A stretch of DNA of 64,000 bases from an uncultured delta proteobacterium (GTDB taxonomy: Bacteria; Myxococcota_A; Polyangia; Polyangiales; Polyangiaceae), in contig CAVQUB010000002.1 in assembly GCA_963716725.1 (NCBI GenBank), positions 32,001 through 96,000 of the forward strand. The letters are read 5' to 3'. This document shows positions 1 to 9,703 of the stretch, in pieces (position 1 is the stretch's first letter; every line of letters starts with the position of its first letter). Both the position numbers and the translations under genes were made by a program. Below the pieces are notes generated by a model. The model did not search any database and was not told the DNA's origin. It saw only the letters and a program-made list of their open reading frames with translations.

Positions 1-1
1 C

Positions 2-1900
2 GGGCGGTATCGCATCAGCGAGCCCCTCGGGCGCGGCGGCATGGGCGTCGTCTACCGCGTGGAGCACGCGCGCATCGGCAAGCTGATGGCGCTCAAGCTG
101 CTCACAGGTGAGCTCGGTCGCGACCCCGAAATCGTCGCACGGTTCAAGCGCGAAGCGCTGATGGTGAGCAAGCTCAGCCATCCGAACACGGTTCAGGTCT
201 TCGACTTCGGCGTCGCCGATGGGCTCACGTACCTGGCCATGGAGTACCTGCGCGGCAACGACCTCGGTCACATCGTCCGGCGCGACGGACCCGTCGACCC
301 CGAACGCTGCGCCAAGATCATGATTCAGGTCTGCAGCTCGTTGGCCGAAGCTCACGGCCTCGGGATCGTGCACCGGGATCTGAAGCCCGAGAACATCTTC
401 ATTCTGAGCGGCCACTCCGAGAGCGACGTGGTCAAGGTGCTCGATTTCGGGTTGGCCAAGCTCCGCGAGTCTCCCGAGCTCGGCGAGGTGACGTCGCGAG
501 GCGCCATCGTCGGCACGCCCTATTACATGTCTCCGGAGCAAATCCGGGGTGAGGCAGCCGATCCGCGCAGCGACATCTACTCGCTCGGCTCGCTGATGTA
601 CGCCGTGCTCACCGGCGTGCCGGTGTTCGACGCGCCCCGACCGATGGGTGTGTTGACGAAACACCTGACCGACCTGCCGGTTTCGCCAAAGTCGCGCTTC
701 CCCGAGCTCGGCATCCCGATCGGGATCAGCGGGGTCGTCATGCGCGCCCTCGAGAAGGATCCGTCCAAGCGTTTTCAGAGCGTGCACGAGCTGCAGTTCG
801 CGCTGATCTCCGAGCTGCGGACCGGCGGCGCCACGAGCAGCGTGGAGATCTTGCTCGACTCGGGCCAGATGCACGCGCTCACTCGCAGCGCCGACGACGC
901 GGTCACCCGCGGCGAGGTCGAGCGATACGAACGAAAGCTGCGACGACGCGGCCTGTACACCTGGGTGTCGCTGCTCGGCATCTTGGGCGCCACCGCCGCC
1001 GCTGGATGGCTGGTGATGGCGCGCACGGGAGCCAGCGACGGCTTCGATGGCAGCGAACGCGAACCCAACAACGCGGCGAGCGAAGCCAACGATCTGCCCT
1101 TCGGCGAGGCAGTGCGCGGCCAGATCGGGCGGCGCATGGATCCCGAGCGCAGCGATCGGGATTTTTACCGCGTAACCATCCCAACGGGCACCACCCACGT
1201 CAGAATCGAGACCACGAGCCTGCCGAACTTGCCGCTCTGCACCTACGTGTACCGAGTTGGCTTCGAGTCGCCCATCGGCCGCTACTGCTCCGGCGCCGCC
1301 GGCCGACCCCTGAAGGTCTCGGCCCTCGAGATCGAAGCCGGGGAACACCTGCTGGCCGTAATGCAAGATCGCGACTCGTACCAAATCGCCGGCGCCCAGC
1401 TGCCCGTACTCGAAAACGTGTCGGACAACTACCAGCTCTCGGTCGGAAACTCGGAGCTCGCGCCGGGGATGGAAACCGAGCCGAACGACACCGCGAAAGA
1501 CGGCGCACGCCTCGCGCTCGGCGCCGAGTTGCGGGGCCGGCTCGATTGGGTACGCGACGTGGACTACGTGTGCGCCGAGCCGGGCGACGGGAAAGTCCGG
1601 TTCGCCGTCGAGGACTCCCCCACTCTCCCGCGCCTCCGCCAGGCTGTGCTGCAAGTCACTCCCGTCGGCGGCCCCGCGAACGGGATCCCGATGCGCCTGC
1701 ATAGCCGCAACGCCAAGCTGCCCGCCGACGCCAAGAACGACGTCGCGGGTGCCTGGACGAGCGAGCCGGCACCGCGCGGGCTCGCCGAGGTGTGCATCAA
1801 GATCGAGCTCGTGCCAAACCCCTACGCCCCACTGCCCCAACCGGTGATCGCCCCGTCGGGCGACGAGGAGTACACGGTCCGTGTCGAACTCAGCCCGTAG
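2..1900 (+). CDS. Transmembrane Ser/Thr protein kinase (Pkn2-type) with extracellular ExEPN(N/D) pre-peptidase-C-like repeats; 5' truncated by the window edge
   Basis: The frame is open from nt 2 (GRYRISEPLGRGGMGVVY). Motifs ALKLL, VHRDLKPENIF, DFGLAK and GTPYYMSPEQ; TM segment LYTWVSLLGILGATAAAGWLVM; C-terminal EREPNN and ETEPND motifs. Confidence 0.92.
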   Translation, partial: GRYRISEPLGRGGMGVVYRVEHARIGKLMALKLLTGELGRDPEIVARFKREALMVSKLSHPNTVQVFDFGVADGLTYLAMEYLRGNDLGHIVRRDGPVDPERCAKIMIQVCSSLAEAHGLGIVHRDLKPENIFILSGHSESDVVKVLDFGLAKLRESPELGEVTSRGAIVGTPYYMSPEQIRGEAADPRSDIYSLGSLMYAVLTGVPVFDAPRPMGVLTKHLTDLPVSPKSRFPELGIPIGISGVVMRALEKDPSKRFQSVHELQFALISELRTGGATSSVEILLDSGQMHALTRSADDAVTRGEVERYERKLRRRGLYTWVSLLGILGATAAAGWLVMARTGASDGFDGSEREPNNAASEANDLPFGEAVRGQIGRRMDPERSDRDFYRVTIPTGTTHVRIETTSLPNLPLCTYVYRVGFESPIGRYCSGAAGRPLKVSALEIEAGEHLLAVMQDRDSYQIAGAQLPVLENVSDNYQLSVGNSELAPGMETEPNDTAKDGARLALGAELRGRLDWVRDVDYVCAEPGDGKVRFAVEDSPTLPRLRQAVLQVTPVGGPANGIPMRLHSRNAKLPADAKNDVAGAWTSEPAPRGLAEVCIKIELVPNPYAPLPQPVIAPSGDEEYTVRVELSP

Positions 1901-1901
1901 C

Positions 1902-3077
1902 GTGCGTCTCGCGCTGATCGCCGGGGCGGTGCTCTCGATGGGGCCCGGCGCGCGGGCGGAGCGCATCGACCCCACTTTCCCCCTGAGGCGGGCCGTCGGC
2001 GCACCTGGCGGCGCGCAGCCCATGTTTCGGGTCGACGCCGCCAGGACGGGTCGGGCCCGAGCACCCCTGCCGACGGCCCCCCGAGTGATCTGGCGCGCTC
2101 GCGTCACCGGCGGCCTGGATCTTCCGGTCGTGGTCGATGCGCGCGGGCACGTCGTCGCCGCCAGTCCGATGTCACAGCTCGTGGAGCTCGATCTGAACGG
2201 AAAGCTCTCCTGGTCGCTGAAGACGGGCAGCTCCGCTCCCGTGCAGGGCCCGGTGATCACGACCAACGGCACGCGTTTGATCGTCACCGGCGGCGCCGAG
2301 CTGTGGGGCGTCGCAGCGAACGGGACGCTGCGCGTCCGGCGGTCGCTGCCCGTTCCCAGCGTTCGTGGCGCTGTTCCGCCGCTGGCCACCCGTGATGGCG
2401 GCGTGGTGCTCTCGGTGGTCGGCTCGCTGCTCGCGCTCGACGCAAGCGGGGACGTCCAGGCTCGCGCCACGCAAACCGATCCCGTCGTGACCTTGCTCGA
2501 GCAGGGCGGGCGCACGCTGATCGTCACCGAGCGCGGTGACGTGTTGGAATGGAAGCCCCCTCGCGAGCCGACGAAGCTCGGAAGCTTCGGCGGACGCGTC
2601 GACGAAGGAGCCGCGCTTTCGAGCGCCAACCACCTCACCGCCGTGGTGGACAACGAGCGACTGGTGGACTTCAAGCTCTCGACCAAGACTCGTCACGTTC
2701 GCGCAGTCTCTACCGATCGCTTGCAGGGACCGCCGGCGATCTTGGCCAACGGCGAAAGCCGCATCGCGTCGTTTTCGGGGTTGATGCTGGGTCACGATCG
2801 CACCGGCCTCGAGACCGCCCGGGCGGAGCTCGAACCGAGCAGCGGCACCACTGCGAGCGTTCCGGGCATGTTCCAACCGCCGCCCCTGGTCGTCGATGAA
2901 AAGGGCCGTGTGGCCTTCGTGCGACCAGGCCTCGACGCGGGCGTCGTGCTCGAGTCTGGGGAGCAAAAGACAGCCGCCGGCGCGGCCTGCGGTGACCCGC
3001 TCTCGCTGGCTCCGGCAGGACCAGGGCGTTTCGTGGTCGCTTGCCGCTCGGGACTGATCTTGATGATCGGTCAGTGA
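1902..3077 (+). CDS. Secreted PQQ-like/BamB-type beta-propeller repeat protein
   Basis: Signal-peptide-like N-terminus from GTG 1902, 1 nt after the kinase stop. QPMFRVDAARTGRA and VIWRARV..PVVVDARGHVV resemble PQQ-repeat proteins. Confidence 0.65.
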   Translation: MRLALIAGAVLSMGPGARAERIDPTFPLRRAVGAPGGAQPMFRVDAARTGRARAPLPTAPRVIWRARVTGGLDLPVVVDARGHVVAASPMSQLVELDLNGKLSWSLKTGSSAPVQGPVITTNGTRLIVTGGAELWGVAANGTLRVRRSLPVPSVRGAVPPLATRDGGVVLSVVGSLLALDASGDVQARATQTDPVVTLLEQGGRTLIVTERGDVLEWKPPREPTKLGSFGGRVDEGAALSSANHLTAVVDNERLVDFKLSTKTRHVRAVSTDRLQGPPAILANGESRIASFSGLMLGHDRTGLETARAELEPSSGTTASVPGMFQPPPLVVDEKGRVAFVRPGLDAGVVLESGEQKTAAGAACGDPLSLAPAGPGRFVVACRSGLILMIGQ

Positions 3078-3926
3078 TACAGCGCGCTAAACAGGATCGA
3101 CAAGCCGTAGGCGCGAGCGCTCTGTCGGACTGTCTGGTTGTCGACGTCGAGATCGCGATTGCCCCGCGCGGCGACCAGGCGCAGGTAGCCTCCGAGGGAC
3201 CAGTTCGGCGAGACCCAGGCGTCGTACCCGGCGAAGAGCGCCAGCCCGGCCCCCTCGTAGGGTTTCTCGTCGAAGCCGGTCCCGTCGTCGTCCGGCTTCA
3301 CGGCGAGGGATGACAGACCGATGACTCCACCGACGTGCAGCCCGCCGGCGGCGTCGAAGTAGCCGTCCACGAAGGGCCCGACCACGACCGCAGAGGCTTG
3401 TCCCGACAGATCGGAGGACTTGCCGCCGGACTCGACGCGAGGATCGCTAGCGCTGAGTCGAGAAGATCCCTCCACCGATCACCAAACCGTCGATGGGCGT
3501 CCCGCCCAGGAGCAGATCGAGGCTCCCGCCGCCACCTTTGACATCGGCCTCCGGCGCGGAGTCCGTGCGCATGCCAAGCCAGCCGCCGCCGAGCGCGACG
3601 CGCAGGTAGAAGCCGTCGTGCAAGTGCGCGCCCGGCTCGTCCGCTTCCTGCGGCGGCGCGGGCGCGACCACGTAGACTCCGCCCGTCGGCGGAGGTGGAT
3701 ACGCATACGCCGGTGCGACGTAGCCGCCCGGCGGCGCGACGTAGCCGCCCGGTGGAGCCGACGGATACGCGGGTGGCAGCGCGGTCCCGGACGGCGCGGC
3801 GGTGGCAGGCTGCGGCGCTGGCGCTGGCGCGACCGGCGCGGGCACGTCCGGTGGGGGCGGCTGCGCTCCGGCCTTTGTCGAAGACATGAGCCACGCGAGC
3901 GCCAGCCAGCCACGAGCGTTCCGCAT
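3071..3926 (-). CDS. Outer-membrane beta-barrel-like protein with Pro-rich N-terminus; apparent single-base frameshift near 3453
   Basis: ORFs 3447-3962 and 3071-3475 join into one protein (HDGFYLRVALGGG...GGGIFST / SASDPRVE...GPFVDGY...GYDAWVSPNWSLG...SILFSALYH) with amphipathic strands and an aromatic C-terminus. Confidence 0.6.
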
Positions 3927-4021
3927 CGACCAACGAGAGCCCGCATCGAGCCGCGCCGTCAAGACCGACCGGCGCTTCGCCCCGCCGGCACCTGACAGAG
4001 CTCGGTGGTATGGTCCCGGGC

Positions 4022-5134
4022 ATGTCTTCGGCTGCCGCCGCTCGCCCCAAACTCTACAGCGTCGCCATCGAGACGACGGCGTACTGCAATCAGAAGTGCG
4101 ACTATTGCTACAACGAGTGGCGCGCAGACGGCGGTTCGTCCCTCGACAAGGGCGATCGGGACAAGCTCTTCTTGCGCGTGCAGAAGCTGCTCGATGCCTT
4201 CGAACTCGACCACGTCACGGTGAGCGGCGGTGAGCCGTTTTCGCACCCGCGCATCTTCGAGCTCTTCGATCTGCTGCGAGAACACGGCGTTTCGGTCCAG
4301 ATCATCTCGAACGGCGGCATGATCACTCCGGCGCTGGCCGAACGACTCGCCCCCTACCGCATCCGATACGTGCAGATCACGCTGAACGGTCCCGACGAAG
4401 CGCTGCACGCCGCGCACGTGGGAGCCGGGCATTTCGAGCGCACCCTGGCTGGGATCCGCGCCCTGGGCGCCGCGGGAGTTCCCGTGGTCGGGTGCACCGT
4501 GGTCACCAAGAAGAACGCCTCCCGCGTGGGGGAGATCCTCGAACTCTTCTCGTCGCTCGGCGTGCGACAGGTCTCCCTCAGCCGATTCAGTCCGGCGGGC
4601 TACGCCGCCCGCTACGCCGGTCAGCTGCTGCCGTCGCGCAGCGACTTCTTGCTCGCCTTCGGGCAGGCGCTTCCCTGGGCCAAAGACCGCGGCATGTCCC
4701 TCTACTGCACCATGCCCATCCCGCCCTGTTCAGTCGACGTGGCCGAGTTCGCTCCCATCCACTTCGGAAGCTGCTCCATCGGCACGTCGATGCAAGAGAT
4801 CGCCCTCGGCCCCGATGGCCGACTCAAGAACTGCACACTGCACAAGACCGCCCTCGGGGGCGTCACCGATATTTTGGACGAGGGCGTCGACGTCGCGAGT
4901 CTGATCGCGTCCCCCGAGCTCACCGAGTACAAACGCGAGACACCGGAGTTCTGCCACGGCTGCCTGCACGAGCACACCTGCGCCGGCGGTTGTGGTGCTG
5001 CCGCCGAGTGGGTCATGGGTCACGCCCGGAAGTTTGCCGATCCCTTCGTGATGCAGCACGTCGACGACGATCTGGCCTCGCGCCTCGAAGCCCAGCGGCG
5101 TGACGGCAAGACCCACCTCGAAGTCATCCTCTGA
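4022..5134 (+). CDS. Radical SAM protein with C-terminal SPASM domain
   Basis: CNQKCDYC (CX3CX2C) and SGGEP; SPASM cysteines CSIG..GPDGRLKNC...CHGC-x5-C-x3-C. Start placed at ATG 4022, 7 nt after TATGGT. Confidence 0.9.
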   Translation: MSSAAAARPKLYSVAIETTAYCNQKCDYCYNEWRADGGSSLDKGDRDKLFLRVQKLLDAFELDHVTVSGGEPFSHPRIFELFDLLREHGVSVQIISNGGMITPALAERLAPYRIRYVQITLNGPDEALHAAHVGAGHFERTLAGIRALGAAGVPVVGCTVVTKKNASRVGEILELFSSLGVRQVSLSRFSPAGYAARYAGQLLPSRSDFLLAFGQALPWAKDRGMSLYCTMPIPPCSVDVAEFAPIHFGSCSIGTSMQEIALGPDGRLKNCTLHKTALGGVTDILDEGVDVASLIASPELTEYKRETPEFCHGCLHEHTCAGGCGAAAEWVMGHARKFADPFVMQHVDDDLASRLEAQRRDGKTHLEVIL

Positions 5135-5138
5135 GCCC

Positions 5139-7307
5139 ATGGCACGGCCCGATCGCCCGCGCGTGCTCTTGCTCTGGCCCGGGGGTTTGTTCGCCGGGGG
5201 TGCCAATTTCGGCGTGCCTCAGCTGCTGATGCTCGCCGCCGCCATTCGGCAGAAGACCGACGCCGAGATCGACGTGGTCGATCTCGACATGGAACGCGCT
5301 TTCGGGCCGGTCGATCTGTCCCGAATCGTGGCCGGCGGATACGACCTCGTCGGCGTCTCCTGCTACTCCTCGTACGACTACCTCAAGGTGATGGCCATCG
5401 CCGCTCGCCTGCGCGAGCTGTTGCCCAAGGCGTGGCTGGTCACGGGCGGCTATCATCCCTCGGCGCGCCCCGACGAGCTCTCCTTCGACGGTTCGCCCTT
5501 CGACTTCGTCGTGGTGGGGGACGGCGAGCGTCCCCTCGCTCGCCTGGTCGAGGCCCTCGCCGCGGGCAAGCGTCCGCTGAACCGGGTGCTGGGCCCGGAG
5601 CCCGTCCCCGAACCCAAGGAGCTCGCGCCCTACGACTGGTCGTTGCTCGAGCGCTACCGCCCCATCGCCCGGCGCATGGCATCGCAGGCCGAAATCTACC
5701 TCTCGCGCGGCTGCCCCTACGACTGCTCGTTCTGCATGGAGAGGGCCAAGCGCGACGTGAGCTGGCGCGCTCTGGAGCCGCTGCAGGCGGTCGAAGAGCT
5801 GCACCGTCTCGATCGCTTCCTCGACCTGTCCCGCTGGACGCTGTTCGTGGCCGACGCGCTGTTCGGAATGAAGCGCGGCTGGCGGCGCGAGTTCTTGAGC
5901 GAGCTCGTGAGGCGCCCGATCCGCGCGCGCAAGACCTGGCTCTTGATCCGCCTGGACTTGATCGAGCAGGAGGACGTCGAGCTGATGGCGCGGGCCAACG
6001 TCGGGCCAGGCTTCGGCCTCGAGTCCGGCGATCTCGGGCAGCTGCGTCGCATCCGCAAGGCGGGCAAGCTCGAGGGCTACCTCGACAAAGTGCTCACGGT
6101 GGCGGAGTGGGCGCGACGCTACGAGGTCGCCTTCGGCGCCAACATCATCGTCGGGCACCCAGGTGAGACCGAAGCCAGCCTGCGAAACAGCGCCCGCTTC
6201 ATGAAGAAGCTCTTCGTCGACCACCCGCGGGGCACTCATGGCTTCCTGTCAGTGGACCCCTTTCGCCTCTATCCCGGCTCCCCCATCGACGAAGAACGCC
6301 CGCGATGGGAACGCGAGACCGGGATGAAGGTGCACCGCTACCCCTGGTGGAACGACGGCGATCAGGACTTCTTGGCCGAGTGGATCGACCCGAGCGCAGA
6401 ACTCGATTTTCGCACCACGGAGCGGCTGCGCATCGAGCTCTTCTCCCCGATCCTCGAGGCGATCCCCCAGCGCTTCGCCTACACCGGCCCGGCGCGGGAC
6501 TACTACATGCGGGCCGTCCGCGAGCAGGTCGATCTGCTCGCGCCTCGACGCCAACTGCGCACGCTGGGTCTGTATCACCTCTGGCGCGGTCTCTCGGGCG
6601 AAGTCGCACCCGGCGCGCGAGCTGGCGAGCTCGCGGCTGACACTGAGCTTGCCGACTTCGCACTGCGCGCCCGGACCTCGACCGTAGAAAAGAAGGGCAT
6701 CGCCGGCGACGACGCCGTGACCCGCGCCTTGCACAGCGTTCCACGCGAGCGCTTCGTGCCCATGGAGAGCATCGGCGAGTCGGCCGATGACCGCGCGCTG
6801 TCGCTGACTGAAGACGGAGGTTCGACGATCTCGGCGCTGCACGCCTACGCCATCGCCTTTCGGGCGCTCGGCCTGGGCCCGGGTGACGACTTCGTCGATC
6901 TCGGCGGCGGTACGGGCTACGGCGCGGCGCTCGCTTCTGAGATCGTCGGCGAGAGCGGCAGCGTGCTCAGCATCGAGTTCGACCCCGATCTCGCGGCGGC
7001 GGCAGTCGCCAACCTGGCGCGCTACCCGCAGGCCCGGGTCCTTGCCGCCAATGCCCACGACGTGGCCGCTTGGGGCGATGCTCAGCGGGTCTACGCGGGG
7101 TTTGCCGTCGAGCAGATGCCCCAGGCTTGGCTCGACGCGCTGCCCGACGGCGCGGTGCTCGTGGCGCCAGTCGGCGCGCCATCGGACCAGACGCTGATGC
7201 GCTACGAACGCACGGCTCAGGGCGTGATCCAGCAAGCGCTCGGAGCCGTCCGCTACGTGCCCGACCGCTCGCGCCTCGACGATCAGGCGGCAGCCATCAG
7301 CGAATAG
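5139..7307 (+). CDS. Cobalamin-dependent radical SAM enzyme fused to a C-terminal protein-L-isoaspartate O-methyltransferase (PIMT/Pcm-like) domain
   Basis: B12-binding-type DLVGVSCYS...VTGGYHPS...DFVVVGDGE; SRGCPYDCSFC; GLESGD; IIVGHPGET. PIMT motifs VPRERFVP, STISALH, VDLGGGTGYGAA, LSIEFD, LVAPVG and VRYVP. Confidence 0.88.
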   Translation: MARPDRPRVLLLWPGGLFAGGANFGVPQLLMLAAAIRQKTDAEIDVVDLDMERAFGPVDLSRIVAGGYDLVGVSCYSSYDYLKVMAIAARLRELLPKAWLVTGGYHPSARPDELSFDGSPFDFVVVGDGERPLARLVEALAAGKRPLNRVLGPEPVPEPKELAPYDWSLLERYRPIARRMASQAEIYLSRGCPYDCSFCMERAKRDVSWRALEPLQAVEELHRLDRFLDLSRWTLFVADALFGMKRGWRREFLSELVRRPIRARKTWLLIRLDLIEQEDVELMARANVGPGFGLESGDLGQLRRIRKAGKLEGYLDKVLTVAEWARRYEVAFGANIIVGHPGETEASLRNSARFMKKLFVDHPRGTHGFLSVDPFRLYPGSPIDEERPRWERETGMKVHRYPWWNDGDQDFLAEWIDPSAELDFRTTERLRIELFSPILEAIPQRFAYTGPARDYYMRAVREQVDLLAPRRQLRTLGLYHLWRGLSGEVAPGARAGELAADTELADFALRARTSTVEKKGIAGDDAVTRALHSVPRERFVPMESIGESADDRALSLTEDGGSTISALHAYAIAFRALGLGPGDDFVDLGGGTGYGAALASEIVGESGSVLSIEFDPDLAAAAVANLARYPQARVLAANAHDVAAWGDAQRVYAGFAVEQMPQAWLDALPDGAVLVAPVGAPSDQTLMRYERTAQGVIQQALGAVRYVPDRSRLDDQAAAISE

Positions 7308-8113
7308 ACCAGGCTCCGCTCGTCGTTGCTCAGCGCACTGACGCTCGCGTCCGGAGCGTTGGGTCCGAAGTGCGCCAACCAGCGCAGGTGCTCCAGCCGA
7401 GCGCCGCCGCGCTCCGCTCGGGTCGCGAGCAAGACCACCGCCATCTGCTCCACGCGACGCTCGGCCGCTCGAGCGGCCAGCCCAACTTCACGAACCGTGG
7501 CCTCGTGGGCGGCCTGCCAGGCGACGTGCTGCACACCGGGTCCTCGCTCCAGGTCGGGAGCGCCGATCCAGATCGAAGATCCCCGTACTCGCCCCCGCAG
7601 CCGCAGCGGTCGCAACACCGCCACGGTGCACCGGCCGAGCTCGGGCGCGACGGCGACCAGCTGCGTGAGCGCCGCTTCCAGCGGCGCCCAGTCGAGCGCC
7701 GCGGCGGGCAGGCGGTCGAAGAAGGGCGCCTCGAGCTCGGCAGCGACCCGCAGCAACTCGGCCGCTCGCTCCGAATGCGTCAAGGGCTCGAGCAACTCGG
7801 GTGCATCGACGTCCTCCGCGCGGAGCTCCGAAAGGTCGCGGGTCGCGCAGGCGCGGGCCCGGGCGTGGTCCCGAAACAGCCACGCGACGAGCTGTGCCCG
7901 CGCGAGGTCCTCGTGGCCCGGCGCGAGAACGCCGAGTGCTTCAGCGTCCTCCGCCAGCGTCCGCTCGGAGGCGTCGCCGAGGGTGCGCCTCGAGTGCTCG
8001 ATCCAGTCTGGGTCGTAGACCGAGGCTGGCGCGGCGGCGGAGCGCCGTACGTGGGCGAGCACGTGGAACACCAATTCTGCGTACCTGGGCGGCGTGCGCA
8101 GCAGCAGCGGCAT
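7283..8113 (-). CDS. Hypothetical protein
   Basis: Fills the gap between convergent and divergent genes with coding-like GC3 bias; likely start MPLLLRTP at 8113. No family recognised. Confidence 0.6.
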   Translation of the reverse strand: MPLLLRTPPRYAELVFHVLAHVRRSAAAPASVYDPDWIEHSRRTLGDASERTLAEDAEALGVLAPGHEDLARAQLVAWLFRDHARARACATRDLSELRAEDVDAPELLEPLTHSERAAELLRVAAELEAPFFDRLPAAALDWAPLEAALTQLVAVAPELGRCTVAVLRPLRLRGRVRGSSIWIGAPDLERGPGVQHVAWQAAHEATVREVGLAARAAERRVEQMAVVLLATRAERGGARLEHLRWLAHFGPNAPDASVSALSNDERSLVYSLMAAA

Positions 8114-8205
8114 GAAAAGGCCCCGTAGCACGAACGGCCCGGCTAGCGACTGGCCCCCACGTCGCCTATACTGTCCCGGAACGGACCAGAGGTCTGGGAG
8201 CAACC

Positions 8206-8529
8206 ATGATTTCGATCACCAACCTAGCAGCGGAAAAAGTGAAGGAAATTGCAGGCACCGAGGGCCTCGACGGACAGGGGCTCCGGCTCCGGGTCATCGG
8301 CGGCGGGTGCGCTGGGTTCCAGTACGACCTCTATTTCGAGGACAAGCCCACCGATATGGACGAGCGATTCGAGTCCAACGGAGTGCTGCTGTTCATCGAT
8401 CCGCTGAGCTACCAGTACCTCGACGGTACCGAAATCGACTACGTCGACGGCGTCCACGGCGCGGGCTTCAAGTTCGGAAACCCGAACGTGACGGGCTCTT
8501 GCGGCTGCGGCTCGTCGTTCAACGTCTGA
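8206..8529 (+). CDS. erpA: A-type Fe-S cluster carrier (ErpA/IscA/HesB family)
   Basis: LRLRVIGGGCAGFQY, YLDGTEIDY and NPNVTGSCGCGSSF; upstream GGGAG RBS. Confidence 0.92.
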   Translation: MISITNLAAEKVKEIAGTEGLDGQGLRLRVIGGGCAGFQYDLYFEDKPTDMDERFESNGVLLFIDPLSYQYLDGTEIDYVDGVHGAGFKFGNPNVTGSCGCGSSFNV

Positions 8530-8681
8530 GCTGACCCGCGCTCGTCCACCCACCTCGGCAGGGCCCCCCGGGCCTTTGACCGAGCGTCTGGTATTTCTGC
8601 CCGGCCATCCAGCCGCGCAACCGGAACGAATACGCGCCGTAATTCCCACAGATCGCCGGGAATGCCCCGGTGGGTTGTCGG

Positions 8682-8711
8682 TTGACAGAAAGTTACGTTA
8701 CGTGATGTTAT
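8682..8711 (+). promoter_or_regulatory. Putative sigma70-type promoter upstream of the RpoH-like sigma gene
   Basis: Perfect TTGACA (8682-8687), 18-nt spacer, TGTTAT, in an AT-rich patch with GTTA repeats. Confidence 0.45.
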
Positions 8712-8788
8712 CTATCGATGGGCGGTGCCGTTTGACCCGGACTCCACCTCGACGAGACCTAGACAAGACCTGAGCAAAACGAGGACCC

Positions 8789-9670
8789 ATGGCTCGCGAA
8801 ATTGACTCCTCCCTTTCCCGCTACATCACCCTGGTGCACCGGTACCCCAAGCTCGACCGAGAGCGAGAGCAGGAGCTGGCGAAACGCTGGGCAAAGACCG
8901 GCGATCCGGCTGCCGCCGACGCGCTGATCCGCGCGCACCTGCGCTACGTCGTCGCCATCGCGCTGAAGTACCGGCGCTACGGCGTCCCGCTCACGGAGCT
9001 GATCGCGGAGGGCAACTTCGGGTTGGTCCACGCGCTGAAGAAGTTCGAGGCCAAGCGCGGCAATCGCTTCGTGACCTACGCCGCCTACTGGATCCGGGCC
9101 TACGTCCTGGGCTACGTGATCAAGTCTTGGAGCCTCGTGGGGGTCGGCTCAGGCGCGCTGCGCTCGAAGCTCTTCTTCAAGCTGCGAAGGGAGCGCACTC
9201 GCATCCTGAATCTGGTCGGGGACCAGGAGCGCACCAACGAGATCTTGGCCGAGAAGTTCGGAGCGTCACCCGCGCAGATTGCCTCGATGGTGCGTCGGCT
9301 CGAGACCCGCGACGTTTCCCTCGACGGGAAGGTGTTCGACGACTCGTCCACCACCTTGATGGACACGCTGGTGTCCGGGGAGCTCGATCAGGAGGCGAGC
9401 CTGTCTTCCGACGAGAACCGCGACGAGGTCAAGAGCGCGGTCAAGCGCGCGGTGCAGGATCTCGACGTGCGCGAGCGCTACATCGTGGAAAAACGCATGA
9501 TGGCCGATGCTGAGGACGAGCTGTCGCTCGCCGAAATCGGCCGACGACTCGGGGTCTCGCGCGAACGCGCCCGGCAGCTCGAGGAACGCGCCAAGAAGAA
9601 GCTGCGCCTGCGCATCGCCGAGATTTCCCGCGAAGAGGGCTCGCGCCTGAATCTGGAACACGCGGCTTGA
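8789..9670 (+). CDS. RNA polymerase sigma factor, sigma32/RpoH family (myxobacterial SigB/C/E-like)
   Basis: LRYVVAIA, ELIAEGNFGL, RFVTYAAYWIRA, RpoH-box-like SKLFFKLR, HTH LAEIGRRLGVSRERARQLE. Confidence 0.9.
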   Translation: MAREIDSSLSRYITLVHRYPKLDREREQELAKRWAKTGDPAAADALIRAHLRYVVAIALKYRRYGVPLTELIAEGNFGLVHALKKFEAKRGNRFVTYAAYWIRAYVLGYVIKSWSLVGVGSGALRSKLFFKLRRERTRILNLVGDQERTNEILAEKFGASPAQIASMVRRLETRDVSLDGKVFDDSSTTLMDTLVSGELDQEASLSSDENRDEVKSAVKRAVQDLDVRERYIVEKRMMADAEDELSLAEIGRRLGVSRERARQLEERAKKKLRLRIAEISREEGSRLNLEHAA

Positions 9671-9677
9671 AGAAGCG

Positions 9678-9703
9678 CACGTCGGCGGTTTCCCGCCGAC
9701 GTG
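9678..9703. terminator. Hairpin between the convergent sigma gene and rnpB (probable bidirectional terminator)
   Basis: CACGTCGGCGG-TTTC-CCGCCGACGTG, an 11-bp perfect stem. Confidence 0.6.

Noticed and set aside
3447..8203. Search for a RiPP precursor or protease beside the radical SAM pair
   Set aside because: Intergenic gaps are too short for a precursor. The convergent 7283-8113 protein has HEATV rather than HExxH, so no peptidase call is supported.
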